Counted from the first letter of the stretch, positions 25,605 through 38,173 are shown. The stretch is DNA of 64,000 bases from Eledone cirrhosa (GCA_964016885.1 OZ024743.1:242668001-242732000); one strand, 5' to 3'. Numbers and translations are program-made. The notes: generated by a model from the letters alone, not told the origin.

Positions 25605-26195
25605 CAAAAGGGATATTTAATTTGTTGGTAATTTAACAAATATATATATTTATAACTGATTCGAAGCACTCGACAAGTTTTCTGGTGTATAATATCAATG
25701 AATAAATGGAAACTGTATTTATAAAACTATACAAACTGTATTTATAAAACTATACAAACTGTATTTATAAAACTATACAAAGTTTGTTTTATAAATATTG
25801 ACATATCCAGGAAGGAAAGAATTTTTGCAGTCAGTTATAGTTTAAAGTGCTCAACATTAAAGGAGCTATTTATAAGCAAAAGGGATATTTAATTTGTTGG
25901 TAATTCAACAAATATATATATTTATAACTGATTCGAAGCACTCGACAGGTTTGCTGCAGTATAATATCAATGTCGAGTGCTTCGAATCAGTTATAAATAT
26001 ATATATTTGTTGAATTACCAACAAATAAAATATCCCTTTTGCTTAAAATAGCTCCTTTAATGTTGAGCACTTTAAACTGTAACTGACTGCAAAAATTAAT
26101 AATGGAATTCTTTCCTTCCTGGAAATGTCAATATTTATAAAACAAAGTTTGTATGGTTTTATAAATACAGTTTCCATTTCTTAATATCATTGATA
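25601..26195. repeat. ~270-bp unit in partial tandem followed by an inverted copy, within (TA)n
   Basis: 25603-25700 is repeated at 25874-25971, and 25971-26195 is the reverse complement of the unit. There is an internal 21-bp triplication ACTGTATTTATAAAACTATACAA-like near 25711-25780. Confidence 0.85.
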
Positions 26196-26216
26196 TATAT
26201 ATATATATATATAGTA

Positions 26217-26294
<78 letters not shown>

Positions 26295-26312
26295 ATGTAT
26301 ATATGTAAGTAA

Positions 26313-26407
<95 letters not shown>

Positions 26408-26494
26408 AATATCCGTAGGTGTCAAAAACGAACCAAGACGACATTGCTTAGTCGAGGAGAGAGCTAATATATTATATTATATGTATTTACAGAA

Positions 26495-26665
26495 TAAATA
26501 ATTTATTAATAAGAATTTAAAAAATGATAAAACAACACTACAGATATTTAAAAACGGAAAATGAAGGGAAGACAAGGGCTTTGGGGTCACAGAAGAATGA
26601 GAGGGGGAAGGGAGATGGTGGTGGACTCTAGGTCTAGGGCGCGGTGGTGTTGGGGCTGCGCCACA
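26495..26665 (-). mobile_element. CRE-family 3' UTR fragment
   Basis: The reverse complement matches CCTTCATTTTCCGTTTTTAAATATC at 35468 and the 12415-12500 region. Confidence 0.6.
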
Positions 26666-27826
26666 AGCTTTCGTATTCCTTCCAAGGTTTTGGGTTGGTC
26701 ACACAACTATTTATGCACCGCTGCCTGCACTTCGTTATCCGTAGGAAATCGGCGACCACATAAAGCATCTTTGAGCGGTTTAAATAGATGACAGTCGAAA
26801 GGCGCATGATCTGGGCTGTAGGCAGGGTATTCCAGTACCTCAAAACCCAATTGATTAATGGTATCAAAGGTATGTGGGCATGCATTTTTATGCAACAACA
26901 AAACTTTTTTCAACCATAGGCTTCAGCCTTTGGTGCGAATTGCAGGTTTCAGATTGTTGGCCAGGAAAACATTGTATCTTGTACTGTTGGTCATTTACCC
27001 CTTTTCCAGGTAGTCTTCCCGTATAGACCCTTTTGATTCTTCAAAAAACGGTTAGAATCACCTTTCCCGCCGAAGAATGAATCTTGAATTTCTTCGTCGC
27101 TGACGAACCAGAATGTTTCCACTCCATACTCAGTCTTTTGGATTCTGGCTCGTAGTGATGGACCCATGTTTCACCATCTGTAACTATTCTGCTAAAAAAT
27201 GATTCACCTTCATTGTTGTAGCGGTCAAGTAAACGTTATCAGACTTCAACACGTTTGCACATGTGCTCTGCAGTAACCTCTCTTGGAACCTATCTCGCAC
27301 AAACTTTATGGAATCTGAGCTTATCGTGGATGATCTGATAGGCAGAACTATAACTAATCTGCTGACAGCATGCTACCTCATCGATGATAACTCACCGGTT
27401 CACCATTACCATATCTCGAGCTTGCTGAATCTTCTCGTCAGTGATGGAGGTTAACGGGCGTCCTGCTTCTTCTTCGTTCGTCACGCTTGTCCGACCACTT
27501 TTAAACTTCTACTCATATACATATCTACGTGGTTGAGCACTGTTGCCGCATTTTCCTAAGCCCCTCCGATAAATTTCAGCCCCTGACACACCTTCCGGCC
27601 GGAGAAATCAGATCACTGCTCTTTCTTCCTCCTTGGTGCACACTACTAGCAAAGCGGCCATGTTTACACTGTTACAGCAGCAAGAAATTTGGCATGATCA
27701 AGCTCAAACTTCGATCACGCGATCACAATAGTACCAACTACAAGCACGCATTAATATAAGGCAGTGTGACAAACCTAAAGATATGTTATGGTGAACGTGC
27801 GGGGATAATATTTGACTTGCCCTCGT
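26666..27826 (-). mobile_element. Decayed mariner transposon (DD34D-type transposase pseudogene)
   Basis: Motifs RIVTDGETWVHHYEPESKR, VLLLHKNACPH and YSPDHAPFDCHLFKPLKDALCGRRF; TIR-like CGAGGGCAAGTCAAATATTATCC at the right end. Confidence 0.92.
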
Positions 27827-28019
27827 GTATGTATATATAAATATATGTGTGTGTGTGTGTGAGGAGAGAGTGAGTGTGAAAGTGTGTGTGTATATATATA
27901 CACACATTGAAAATTGTAAACTTGACTGTCACCACAGAATATGAACCTGAAGATTGCGAACCATGAAAGTACTTGTTCAATTAACACTTAACATTTAATA
28001 TTCTACCATACTATTTCAT

Positions 28020-28801
28020 TATAAACGGAAAAAATGAAACGAAGTTTCATTTCCCACTCTTAGTACGGCTGTTACTTAAATATAAGTATGTACACGTACA
28101 TACATACATACATGTATACAGACGTACAGTAGTATGTATATATATATACATACATGCACACATATATATATATGTACGTATGGATTCACCGAACATTTAT
28201 TATAATGCTCGGTGTGTTTGTAAACAAACATCCCGTATTAAGCCGTAGTGTCTAGCAACCATCGTTGCTCGTTTGTTCAACACTGACAAAGGAACGCTGT
28301 ACTAATTTCAAGCTTATTAGCTATCGTCAGCAACGTATACCTTCCTGCCAGATTGTTGAACGTCTGAAAGTATATACTTTCCTTATGCATATTAACGGCT
28401 GAGTAGCCCAATTTGCATATCGAGTGGGTTAATCGGCCGGGTGCACCGAAAACGATAAACGTAAAAAATGAAACGAAATTTCATTTCCCACTCTTAGTAC
28501 GGCTGTTACTTAAATATAAGTATGTACACGTACATACATACATGTATACAGACGTACAGTAGTATGTATATATATATATACATACATGCACACATATATA
28601 TATGAACGTATGGATTCACCGAACATTTATTATAATGCTCGGTGTGTTTGTAAACAAACATCCCGTATTAAGCCGTAGTGTCTAGCAACCATCGTTGTTC
28701 GTTTGTTCAACATTGACAAAGGAACGCTGTACTAGTTTCAAGCTTATTAGCTATCGTCAGCAACGTATACCTTCCTGCCAGATTGTTGAACGTCTGAAAG
28801 T
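28020..28801. repeat. ~350-bp direct duplication (28020-28371 and 28456-28801)
   Basis: Near-identical copies separated by ~85 bp. Confidence 0.92.
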
Positions 28802-29400
28802 CTGTATGTCTGGCTGTCTGCATTACGTCACTTCCTTGAGGATGTTTGTGTGTGTGTGTGTGAGTTTGAATCCCTAAAACTCGAGTGGTACCCAACCGAT
28901 CTTTTTCAAACTTTACATGTGTATTACTTATTACTTTTTTTATCTCCTAGGTGAAAAACTGCGTTGTTTAACATTTTTAGGGTTTTTTTAGGCGTTACGT
29001 CAGACCGATTTCCTTGAAATTGTAACTATGTATTAGTCAGTCTCTTCTTCATACCGTAAGCAAAGATAATCCAACTTTCTTATGGCCCGCATTAGGTGAA
29101 AAACTTCATTTTTTAAGCTTCTTAGGGCTTTTTGGAGGCGTTACGTCTAGCCGATTTTCCCTAAATTTAAAGGCATATTATGCACATAAAAAAAATTCAT
29201 TTTCTTGATCCCCTAGGGCCCGCATTAGGTGAAAACCTGCATTTTTCCTGCTTCATCGAGGAAAATCTTAAAGATTATCCAGCCATCAGAGTATTCGGTT
29301 TATTTTCTTTACATATTGTCCAGGCATGCAGTTTTTAGGTTTATTGGCGCACCGTGTTCCAAAATACCTTATCCCGTGCCACGCCGGGTACCACTGCTAG
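28800..29400 (+). mobile_element. Non-autonomous Helitron-like element, 3' part
   Basis: Ends CCCG-tgccacgc-CGGG-taccactg-CTAG|T at 29400. Internal subrepeats TAGGTGAAAA occur three times and there is a TCTG-type microsatellite near the 5' side. Confidence 0.7.
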
Positions 29401-29461
29401 TATGATATAATTTTAAAGGATTGTAAATAAAACGAGTAAATCAATGTTGGAATTCCTTTTA

Positions 29462-29500
<39 letters not shown>

Positions 29501-29548
29501 CAGGAAAGAAGGTTTACATGGTTTGCTATACAAAAAAGTTTTTTATCA

Positions 29549-29660
29549 CATAGCTTACATTTGTTTCACTGAACTGGTCTGTCTAGAGATCGCCATCCGC
29601 CTAATTTTGCGTCACTCGATCGCCAATACAGAATTATAACCAGTCAGATCTTCGGAGCAT
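29549..29660 (-). ncRNA. Degenerate hammerhead with a long stem II insertion, in a probable PLE 3' fragment (~29496-30085)
   Basis: Minus strand GCT-CCGAAGA-T-CTGACTGGT...ACCAGTTCAG-T-GAAA-CAAATG-TA-AGC; U4 is mutated to C. Confidence 0.55.
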
Positions 29661-30084
29661 GCGAGAATGAAGAAAATACACAGGCAAGAAAAGAAAAGAA
29701 AATATGGAGTAGTTATGGCATTCAATTAGAACAATAACAACAACAATTATTACAACAATGCTATCAATAAACTATTTAAGGAGACCCTGACATTACTTAG
29801 GTGGGGGGTATATAATGTATCTAATGTTACGGCGTGAAAATCAGCTGTCATAAGGCAAAAAGTATCGTAGTGTGTATCAATTTTAAATTATAAATTATAA
29901 AGATAAGCTAGTTTTTACAGTCTTTACAGTGTTTACAACATAGGAATTACAGCATACCCGCAGCATCACTATGAAAACGCCTTGTTGAGTCAAACCAAGC
30001 CAAGCGTTAATATCATCCACTACCTGGAATACCATAACTAGACTTCACCTAAGTGGACTGCATTTAACTATTATTTGTTAATCC

Positions 30085-30125
<41 letters not shown>

Positions 30126-30130
30126 AAAAA

Positions 30131-30408
30131 ATAGAGGTGTAACACACGAGTTATGATATATTAGTAAAAGGAAAAGAAAATGCTGACAAATTTTTCCCAG
30201 TGAAATCTAATCTGATTAAAGCAGATTAGAGTAAACATCACGAGCGCTCTATCTCAAAATTATTTTTGAAAAGCATTAAAAATGCGCAACCGGTAAAAAC
30301 TTAAAACTAAAACTGAATACTAACCAATACTTATTACTAATTTATACTTATTCGTAATTAAACTATTTTTCACTGGGAAAAATTTGTCAGCATTTTCTTT
30401 TCCTTTTA

Positions 30409-30417
<9 letters not shown>
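30131..30417. mobile_element. Mini fold-back insert of the same PLE family as 21208
   Basis: Homologous to 21212-21420 and 25330-25520. Arms 30156-30205 and 30368-30417; junction hairpin TCTAATCTG-attaaag-CAGATTAGA. Confidence 0.85.
30263..30298 (+). ncRNA. Variant-core hammerhead-like motif (U3/A8, C13), best-preserved copy
   Basis: TTT-TTGAAAA-GCATT-aaa-AATGC-GCAA-CCGG-TA-AAA. Confidence 0.6.
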
Positions 30418-30474
<57 letters not shown>

Positions 30475-30526
30475 TATCCCGGGTTCAATCGGGTGTAATC
30501 ACAGTAAGTAAGGTACTCAATACATA

Positions 30527-30566
30527 GATTTCCTGATGATTTTCCCCGAATGAAACAGTTCGAGTC
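30527..30566 (+). ncRNA. Candidate hammerhead
   Basis: GATTTC-CTGATGA-tTTTCcccGAAt-GAAA-CAGT-TC-GAGTC; the core is intact but the stems are weak. Confidence 0.4.
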
Positions 30567-30607
30567 ATGTAGAAGCCATTTCTATATTAAAAATATATAT
30601 ATGTATA

Positions 30608-33600
30608 TCCATCCACCACCCCCCGCCCATCCCTATGACCTCCCTACACCCGTCCCACCACTCTCCACCACCTCCACCCCTCCACCACCCCACACCCCTT
30701 TCCAATCTCCACCCTCCACCTCCCCCCTCACACACCCAAACCCCACCACTTGTTGTCACCATACCCCCTGACCTCCCCCTCTCCGCACCTGAGCTCTCAC
30801 TCCTCAGTATAGGCCTTCGCTTCATACCCCACACTCCGCACAGCGATGAGTTCCGCACCCGAACGGAAGTCGAGCGATTCGTGCGACGCACGAAGCTACA
30901 GGGACATTTCGGCCGAACGCCACCGGCTCCGGACGCCCCAGACCCGTTTCTCGCCCTGGGCCGACGACCATCGTCTTGGACGCCGGCCCGAGGGCAATTT
31001 AGCACCCTGGACGCGTTCGTCGATGCCTGTCGTAGCGCAGTAAATCGCTTCGACTTCCGCCACCGGTCGAAACGGCATAACATCTCACGGGGCGAACTCC
31101 TCGCTCTCCGCTCCCTCCGTAGCCGAGATTACATCGTCATCAAACCGGCGGACAAGGGAGGCGCCGTGGTGGTGTGGCGCGCTGAACTCTACACGGCTGA
31201 AGCCCTCAGGCAGCTCCGTAACCCCCTCTTCTACCGCCCTCTACCCTCCGATCCCACACTCCTCCACCATCCAATACCTTGTCTCCTCCTACCTCCTCCC
31301 CCACCGGTTCCCACCTCATCGTCCGCACCGCCCGCACCCCACTATCTACTTCCTCCCCAAACTCCACAAACCCGACAACCCCGGCCGCCCCATAGTCTCC
31401 GCTTACAACTGCCCCACCGAACTCATCTCCGTCTTTCTTGACTCCATCCTCGCCCCCCTCGTCACCACCCTCCCCTCCCACATCTCCGACACCAACCACG
31501 CCCTTCGCCTATTCGACTCCTTCACATTCCCACCCGTCTTACAGCCCTTCCTCTTCACCCTAGATATCAAGTCGCTCTATACTGTCATCCCCCACGCCGA
31601 CGGCCTACGTGCCCTCAAGCACTACTTCGACCTTCGCCCCTCCCCCATCACCTCCACTCCTACCCACCTTCGCCTCGCCGAGCTGGTCCTCACCCTCAAC
31701 TGTTTCTCCTTCTCGGGTGAGTTTTACCAACAGGTCACGGGGATAGCCATGGGCACAAGAATGGGCCCAAACTATGCCAACCTTTTCGTTGGCATAGTTT
31801 GGGCCCACGTACACAGGCCCCACGCCCGAACTGTACGGTCGTTACATCGACGACTGTATCGGAGCCACGACCCTCACCCGAGAACAGCTCGACTCCTTTC
31901 TCTCCTTCTTCTGCTCCTTCCACCCCTCCCTCCACTTCACCACCTCTATCTCCACCACCCACGTCCACTTCTTAGACGTCTCCGTCGCCTTCGACCCCTC
32001 CCAACACTCCCTCGTCACCTCCGCCTTCTTCAAACCCACCGTCTCCCACTCCTATCTCGACTTCACCTCCTCCCACCCTTCACACACTAAACACTCTATT
32101 CCCTACTCCCAACTCCTCAGAATCGGCCGCCTCTGTAGCCGAAATGCTGACTTTGAGTCCCAGGCCCTTTCCCTAGTCAGCCATTTCATCCGCAGAGGTT
32201 ACCCCCCTCCCCTCCCTCGTCCACACCGCCCTCACTCGCGCCCGTGCTGTCCACCGCTCCACCGCCCTCACTCGCGCCCGTGCTGTCCACCGCTCCACCA
32301 CCCTCACCCCACGCCACCGCACACCCACCCACCGTCTCCCCTTCCCCATCACCGCACCCCTCCACCGCACCCCTCCACCGCACCATTCTCCGCCTCTTCC
32401 AACGCCTCCAGTCCGACCCCTCCACCTGCCACATCTTCCCAGCCCCACCACTCCCCTCCTTCAAACGCGCACGCAATCTCCGCAGCCTCCTCGTCCACAG
32501 CTCCCTACCCCCTAACCCACGCCCCCCCCCCGGTTCCCTTCCCTGTTCCAGGCCTCGTTGCAACACCTGTCCCCACATTACCAGCACCACCACCTTCCAG
32601 GGCCCCAACGGCCACTCTCTCTCTGTCCGACACGCGTTCCGCTGCACCTCCTCCAACCTAGTCTATGGACTTCGCTGCACGGAGTTTAGCGCAACCTACG
32701 TCGGACAGACTGGACGTCGCCTGGCGGACCGTTTTACCGAACACCTCCGGGATATTCGTCTCGGCGGGAGTTCCCCCATCGTCCGCCACTTTGGCTCCCC
32801 TGGACATTCCGCGCTCCACCTCACAGTCTGTGGCCTACTCCAATGCCACGGAACACCCGCCACCCTCCTCAGGGTCGAACAGCGCACCATCTTCACCCTA
32901 CAGACCCACACTCCCCCCGGCCTGAACTCCCCACCCCTATCCCTTTAGCCTTCGACCGCCCTGTTCCTCCCTCGCCCCCCCCCCCCGTCACACATATCCC
33001 CCACTAACACCACTAACACACTCCTCCTTTTCACCGCCCACCCCACAACTAACAATACTAACACCCCCACCCCACCCTCGACCACCCTCCCCCAACTAAC
33101 AATACTAACATTCTTTCCCCCTTCCCCCTTCCCCTCCCCCTATCACGCACACACCCACCGGTACATATATACACGCACTCACACTAACCACACACCCTAC
33201 TACCACCACTAACCCTCACCCGCACATCCACTCCACAGCTAATAACACTAACATACCCCCGACCCACGCACACGAACACACACACCCACCCACACCCACT
33301 TACACCACCCACTCTACACACCCTACCACCACCGACCCCCACTAACACACCCGCATTGAGCCCTTTCCCCACCACCAGTATACTAACACCCACTAATACC
33401 CCCTTCACCACACACACACACTCATCCAAACACGCACACACACATCAGTACACTACACTCCCTCCACCGTCCCCCACACCTTTCTCTCCCTCTCCCCGCT
33501 CCACCCACACCCCTTCACACACACACCACTAACACCTCTACTAATACACACCCCCTCTCCCCGCATGACCCCCTCCTCACTCCACCTTTCACACCTACCC

Positions 33601-34500
33601 ATCCTCTCCCCTGTGTACCGCAACTCCGCACACACTGACACACCGACTTTCTCCACCTGCCATTCTCCCCTACTGCTGCTATGCCCTGACCCTGTGACCA
33701 CCTCTCCGCACACACAGACACACACAGCCCTCTCCGCCTGTCCTTCTCCTCTACCCTCCTCCTGCCTTGACCCTCTGACCATTTCCTGTTGCGCGCGCAC
33801 CCCACATCTACCCTCTTCCGACCAACCCAACTACGGATTACACACATTGGACATCGCCCCCACGAATCAACTCCATCACAAGGAAAATATCCGGCAACTC
33901 ACCACACCCTCTATGGAACTACCTTAGGAACTTACCCACGGACATACACTCACAAAAATGTTTTTTCCCACACGCCACCTACATCCACAATACGTATAAA
34001 CACCACACACACGTGCGTACCCCCACATATTTACACACTCAGCCTCCGGAATCCTCTCCCACCCCTCTGACCCCATCCCCATCCACAAGCGCACACACAC
34101 ACCGACCTACACCCCACCCCACACACACACCTTTTCCTGAACATGGAACCTCTTTCTTCCCCCAACTCTCACATTCACATACACACACACACACACATAC
34201 ACGTACACCTACACACACACACACACCACCTTCAGCCCTCCCCGCTCGGACACCCCGCCTCCCTCTCCCCACTCCACCCGCCACCACCCCTACACCCTTC
34301 CACCATTTGTTTATCTTCATGTTTATTTTTTTTTTTTATATTCATTTTCATTTGTACCCCTTCCACCGTTTCCTCTCCCCCCACCCCTTTTTTCTAAATG
34401 TCTCTCCCCCACTCCCCTATACACCCTTAGAACTCTCTTCCCACACACTTTTTGCCTGAAGAAGGGCTTATGCCCGAAACGTCGTTACCCCCTTTTCAGC
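30608..34500 (+). mobile_element. Penelope-like retroelement with a frameshifted ORF (30635-32948) and long 3' UTR
   Basis: IVIKPADKGGAVVVW, GIAMGTRMGPNYANLFVG, YGRYIDDCIG, CSRPRCNTC linker and LVYGLRC...YVGQTGRRLADRFTEH (GIY-YIG). Confidence 0.95.
34453..34486 (+). ncRNA. Minimal type-I hammerhead at the PLE 3' end
   Basis: CTGAAGA-A-GGGC-ttat-GCCC-GAAA-CG-TC; stem I is very short. Confidence 0.75.
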
Positions 34501-34567
<67 letters not shown>

Positions 34568-34830
34568 GTGTGTTGGGGGGGTATGTGTGTGTGTGTGTGT
34601 GTGTGTGTGCGTGCGTGGGTGGTGTGTCCGTTAGTTTTAAGTAACTGTAGTTTCACTGATCTGCATTCACTACTTTGGAGTACACTGACTTGTGGTCACT
34701 ACACTGGACCTGCCTGAGACTCCATTGTAACAGGCTACTGGATCATTTTCAAGGAATTATGTTTATGTGTGTGTCTGGATATGTATGGGTATGCGTGTGT
34801 ATGTGAATATACGTGTATGTATAGATATAT

Positions 34831-34864
<34 letters not shown>

Positions 34865-34923
34865 TCTTTTAATCTTTTTACCTTTTCCAGTCATCCGGCT
34901 GAGGCCATGCTGGGGCACCGCCC

Positions 34924-34977
<54 letters not shown>

Positions 34978-35385
34978 TCACTGGGTGTGTTATATTAAAG
35001 ATATGATTGTATTCGCTTTTAATGTTATCCATTGGGAATGTTTCATATTTCCTCATCGTCCTGTATCCTTTAGACAATTGCCGTTAATCAATTGCTGTTA
35101 GAAGAGTTCGGTTACGTTATCTGAAGACATCAGGGGTATCAAACCCGCGACCAGTGGCCCGTAAACTACTTGTCTGTGAAAAGTAGCACAACAATGGAAA
35201 ATGTGTACTCATTCATATATCCCATGTATTCATTTTGATGAAAAAAATAATAATAGCAAAAGTGTTGTAGATTATCCTTATAACTGGTGGAAAAAAGGCA
35301 CTCCGCGCCACTTCATTTCCCTTTTGGCCCGCTATGCCTCTCTCCCATGATATAATGGTCGTTTTGAAACCTTAAGAACATCATC

Positions 35386-35550
35386 AGCCCGTCTGAGGAA
35401 GGAGCCCCGCGAGGTGGGGTGGCTGTTACAGCGGATGTCGTTGGCCATTGTACACCCTAGCCCTTTCCTTCATTTTCCGTTTTTAAATATCAGTAGTCTT
35501 GTTGTTATTTGAAATAGATTTGTTTATGATTTTTTTTTTTATTATTAATA
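35386..35550 (+). mobile_element. CRE-clade 3' fragment
   Basis: GCCCGTCTGAGGAAGGAGCCCCGCGAGGTGGGGTGGCTGTT is homologous to 12321-12390. Confidence 0.7.
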
Positions 35551-35675
35551 AATTATTTCTTCTGTAAACGCATATAATATAAATTATTTCTTCTGTAAAC
35601 ACATATAATATAAATTATTTCTTCTGTAAACACATATAATATAAATTATTTCTTCTGTAAACGCATATAATATAA
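35549..35675. repeat. 31-bp tandem repeat x4 (TAAATTATTTCTTCTGTAAACRCATATAATA)
   Basis: Direct reading. Confidence 0.9.
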
Positions 35676-35923
35676 AATAATATAATATATCAGCTCCCTT
35701 CCGATTTTTTTATTTTTATTAATAAAACATATTTAGCTGATAGATAAAAACGGAGAGACAAAGGTTTTCAAAATGCAGCCCAATGTTATATATAGATGTT
35801 GGATACTAATTTCGTTATATGTTATAAGAAAGTGAAGAGGAAGATTCTTGTTATACATGCTGTTGACTTTCTTGTCGGTCACAATGATGGTAATAATAAC
35901 ATACATGTACACTTCCTGTAGTG

Positions 35924-36153
35924 CAGGGGCGGTGGAAGCATTTCTGAATTGGTTGGGGGTGCAAATTTGGAAAATTAAGTTGTAGTGGTTAGTTTGGCTC
36001 TTTGCACTCTAAAATGGTCAGAAAACCTTGATATACGATAAACATAACATATACGTAAAATGTAGCGCATATCCAAATAGATGTGTGTTTTGGTAGTTAG
36101 GGGAGAAAATATAATTATTGGAGGGGACATGCCCCCCAGTTCCACCGCCACTG
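35924..36153. mobile_element. MITE with CAGKGGCGGTGGAA TIRs (hAT-like ends)
   Basis: CAGGGGCGGTGGAA at 35924 and TTCCACCGCCACTG ending at 36153. A related fragment lies at ~37660-37785. No target duplication is visible. Confidence 0.7.
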
Positions 36154-36261
36154 TATATATACATTTTTTTTATTATGCTATCTGCCCTTTCCTAAGGGGT
36201 TAACACATCGAGATTCTTCGCATCTGGTAAAAAAACTGGTATTTATTCATCTCCTTTATAT

Positions 36262-36450
36262 ATAATTGTTTCTACTTTTGGCAGAAGGCCAGAAATTATT
36301 CCAGTGCATTACTGGTACTTTATTTTATCGACCCCGTAAGGATGAAAGGCAAAGTTAACCTCGGCGGGATTTGAACTCAGATCATAAAGGGAGGTAACTC
36401 TATGCTTCAAAGCATGGCGCCCGACCCTCTACCAATACTGTCAATCCACC
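36262..36450 (-). mobile_element. tRNA-derived SINE
   Basis: Reverse complement of the 2058 unit. Confidence 0.9.
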
Positions 36451-36875
36451 GATAATGGCTATTGGTGAGATTTATCACTCTAAAGTTTCACCTGCGCACT
36501 CACAGGATCACCAGTCTTGTCTGGTGAGTACACAGGTGAGACTCTACTTCAGTTTTTAGTTTTCATTCTTACGTCCGTCAATAAATCACGCACTCTCAGG
36601 TCTTGAAGAATCGTCCCCACACTCGATTATAAATTTGTCAGATTCCCCCACCCCCACCCGCTTATTAAATTTTGCTAATCTATCTCCGGCGAAATGTTAT
36701 TATAACTGATTAATATTGATACAGCAGCTGGAGAATATAATAATAATTTTATTTTACATTGAAAAAAAACATATATGACAAAAAAACATTACAAGAAATC
36801 CCATATTTACCCTATACAATTACTGATTTCCCCTTATCAATACCTATCTCTATCATCCTCTCACTCTATTTATTA

Positions 36876-37650
36876 CCACCAAACTCTCCCCCTCTCTACA
36901 TCAACCATACAACACTCTCTCCCAATCCCCCGCTCTATATGAATTAACACCAAACTCTCCCCCTCTCTATATCTACTACGCGGTAATCTCTTCCAATCCC
37001 CCTCTCTATATCAATTTACACCAAACTCTCCCCCTCTTTATATCTACTACACGGTAATCTCTTCTAATCTCCCTCTCTATAGCAATTTACACCAAACTTT
37101 CCCTCTCTCGATATCTACTACGCGGAACTCTCTTCTAATCCCGAGTGAATGGGCCTTCTCTCTATATCAGCCTGTAGGTGAGAGAGGAGAAGAATGAGAA
37201 GAGGAAGGGAACACCCGCTCTTTGTGCTCCTGAAGAGGAGGGTTGCACATGTTTTCGGGGGTGTGTGCGACCCATGTCAACGCCCCTCCCTATTGAGGAG
37301 ATCGATTGTTAAATTTAATTTGTTATATGTTTTTTACACGTCTTTTTAAATGTATGTAAACTCCCCCCTTTGTATTTGTCCCAATCTTTGATACCCTGGT
37401 GGCAAATAAATAGAAATTTATATCAATTAACACCAACCTCTCCCCCTCTCTATATCAATTAACGCCAAACTTTCCCTCTCTGTATATCTACTACATGTAA
37501 CTCTCTTCAAATTCCTCTCTCTCTATATCAATACACATCAGTATCTCCCCCCTCTCTATATCTAATATACAACACACTCTCCCAACCTTCCTCTCTATAT
37601 CAATTACCACTAAACTCTCCCTCCTCTTTATATCTATATCTATCTCTCCT
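36876..37650. repeat. Degenerate CT-rich ~70-bp tandem repeat, interrupted at ~37142-37415 by a probable L1/Tx1 3' end
   Basis: CACCAAACTCTCCCCCTCTCTATATC recurs; the insert ends in AATAAA and an A-rich tail. Confidence 0.6.
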
Positions 37651-37953
37651 ATCTGTCAACATAACATGTACATAAATTGTAGCGCATATACAAATAGAGT
37701 GTGCTTTGGTAGTTTGGAGAGAAAAATATAATTATTGGGGGTGACATGGCTCCCCTGCCTCCCCCTCCCGCCAGTTCTAACGCCCGTGGGGGTGATAAGA
37801 AATCATGTGAATGCTGGTAGGATTTTCGACGCTGATTATGAACGATTTTCAACGATAAGTCCTTCTTAATTAATTTCATGTGCACTGTATTTGAGTATCA
37901 ATTGTTGGTTTGTATTTTGCCTTTAGAGAAGAATCCATAATTATTCAGTGAAC

Positions 37954-38110
37954 GCAGCATGGTTTAATGGTTGAGGAGTTCGCTTCACAATCATTAGGTC
38001 CCACGTTCGATTCTATTACGCGACATCTTGCGCAAGTGTCATTTACCATGGCTTCGGATCGATCCACACTTTGTGGGCGACATTAGGAGAATGGAAACTG
38101 GAAGCCAGTT
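37954..38110 (+). mobile_element. Second SINE family (tRNA head plus CORE-like segment), old
   Basis: A-box TGGTTTAATGG, B-box GTTCGATTC, then CTTGCGCAAGTGTC resembling the CORE motif CCTTGGGCAAGT. Confidence 0.65.
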
Positions 38111-38173
38111 GGATGAACTGTACTTGTGATTGAAAAGGCCACCCTTGTCTTGTCACACACTGTGTCCGGCTGA

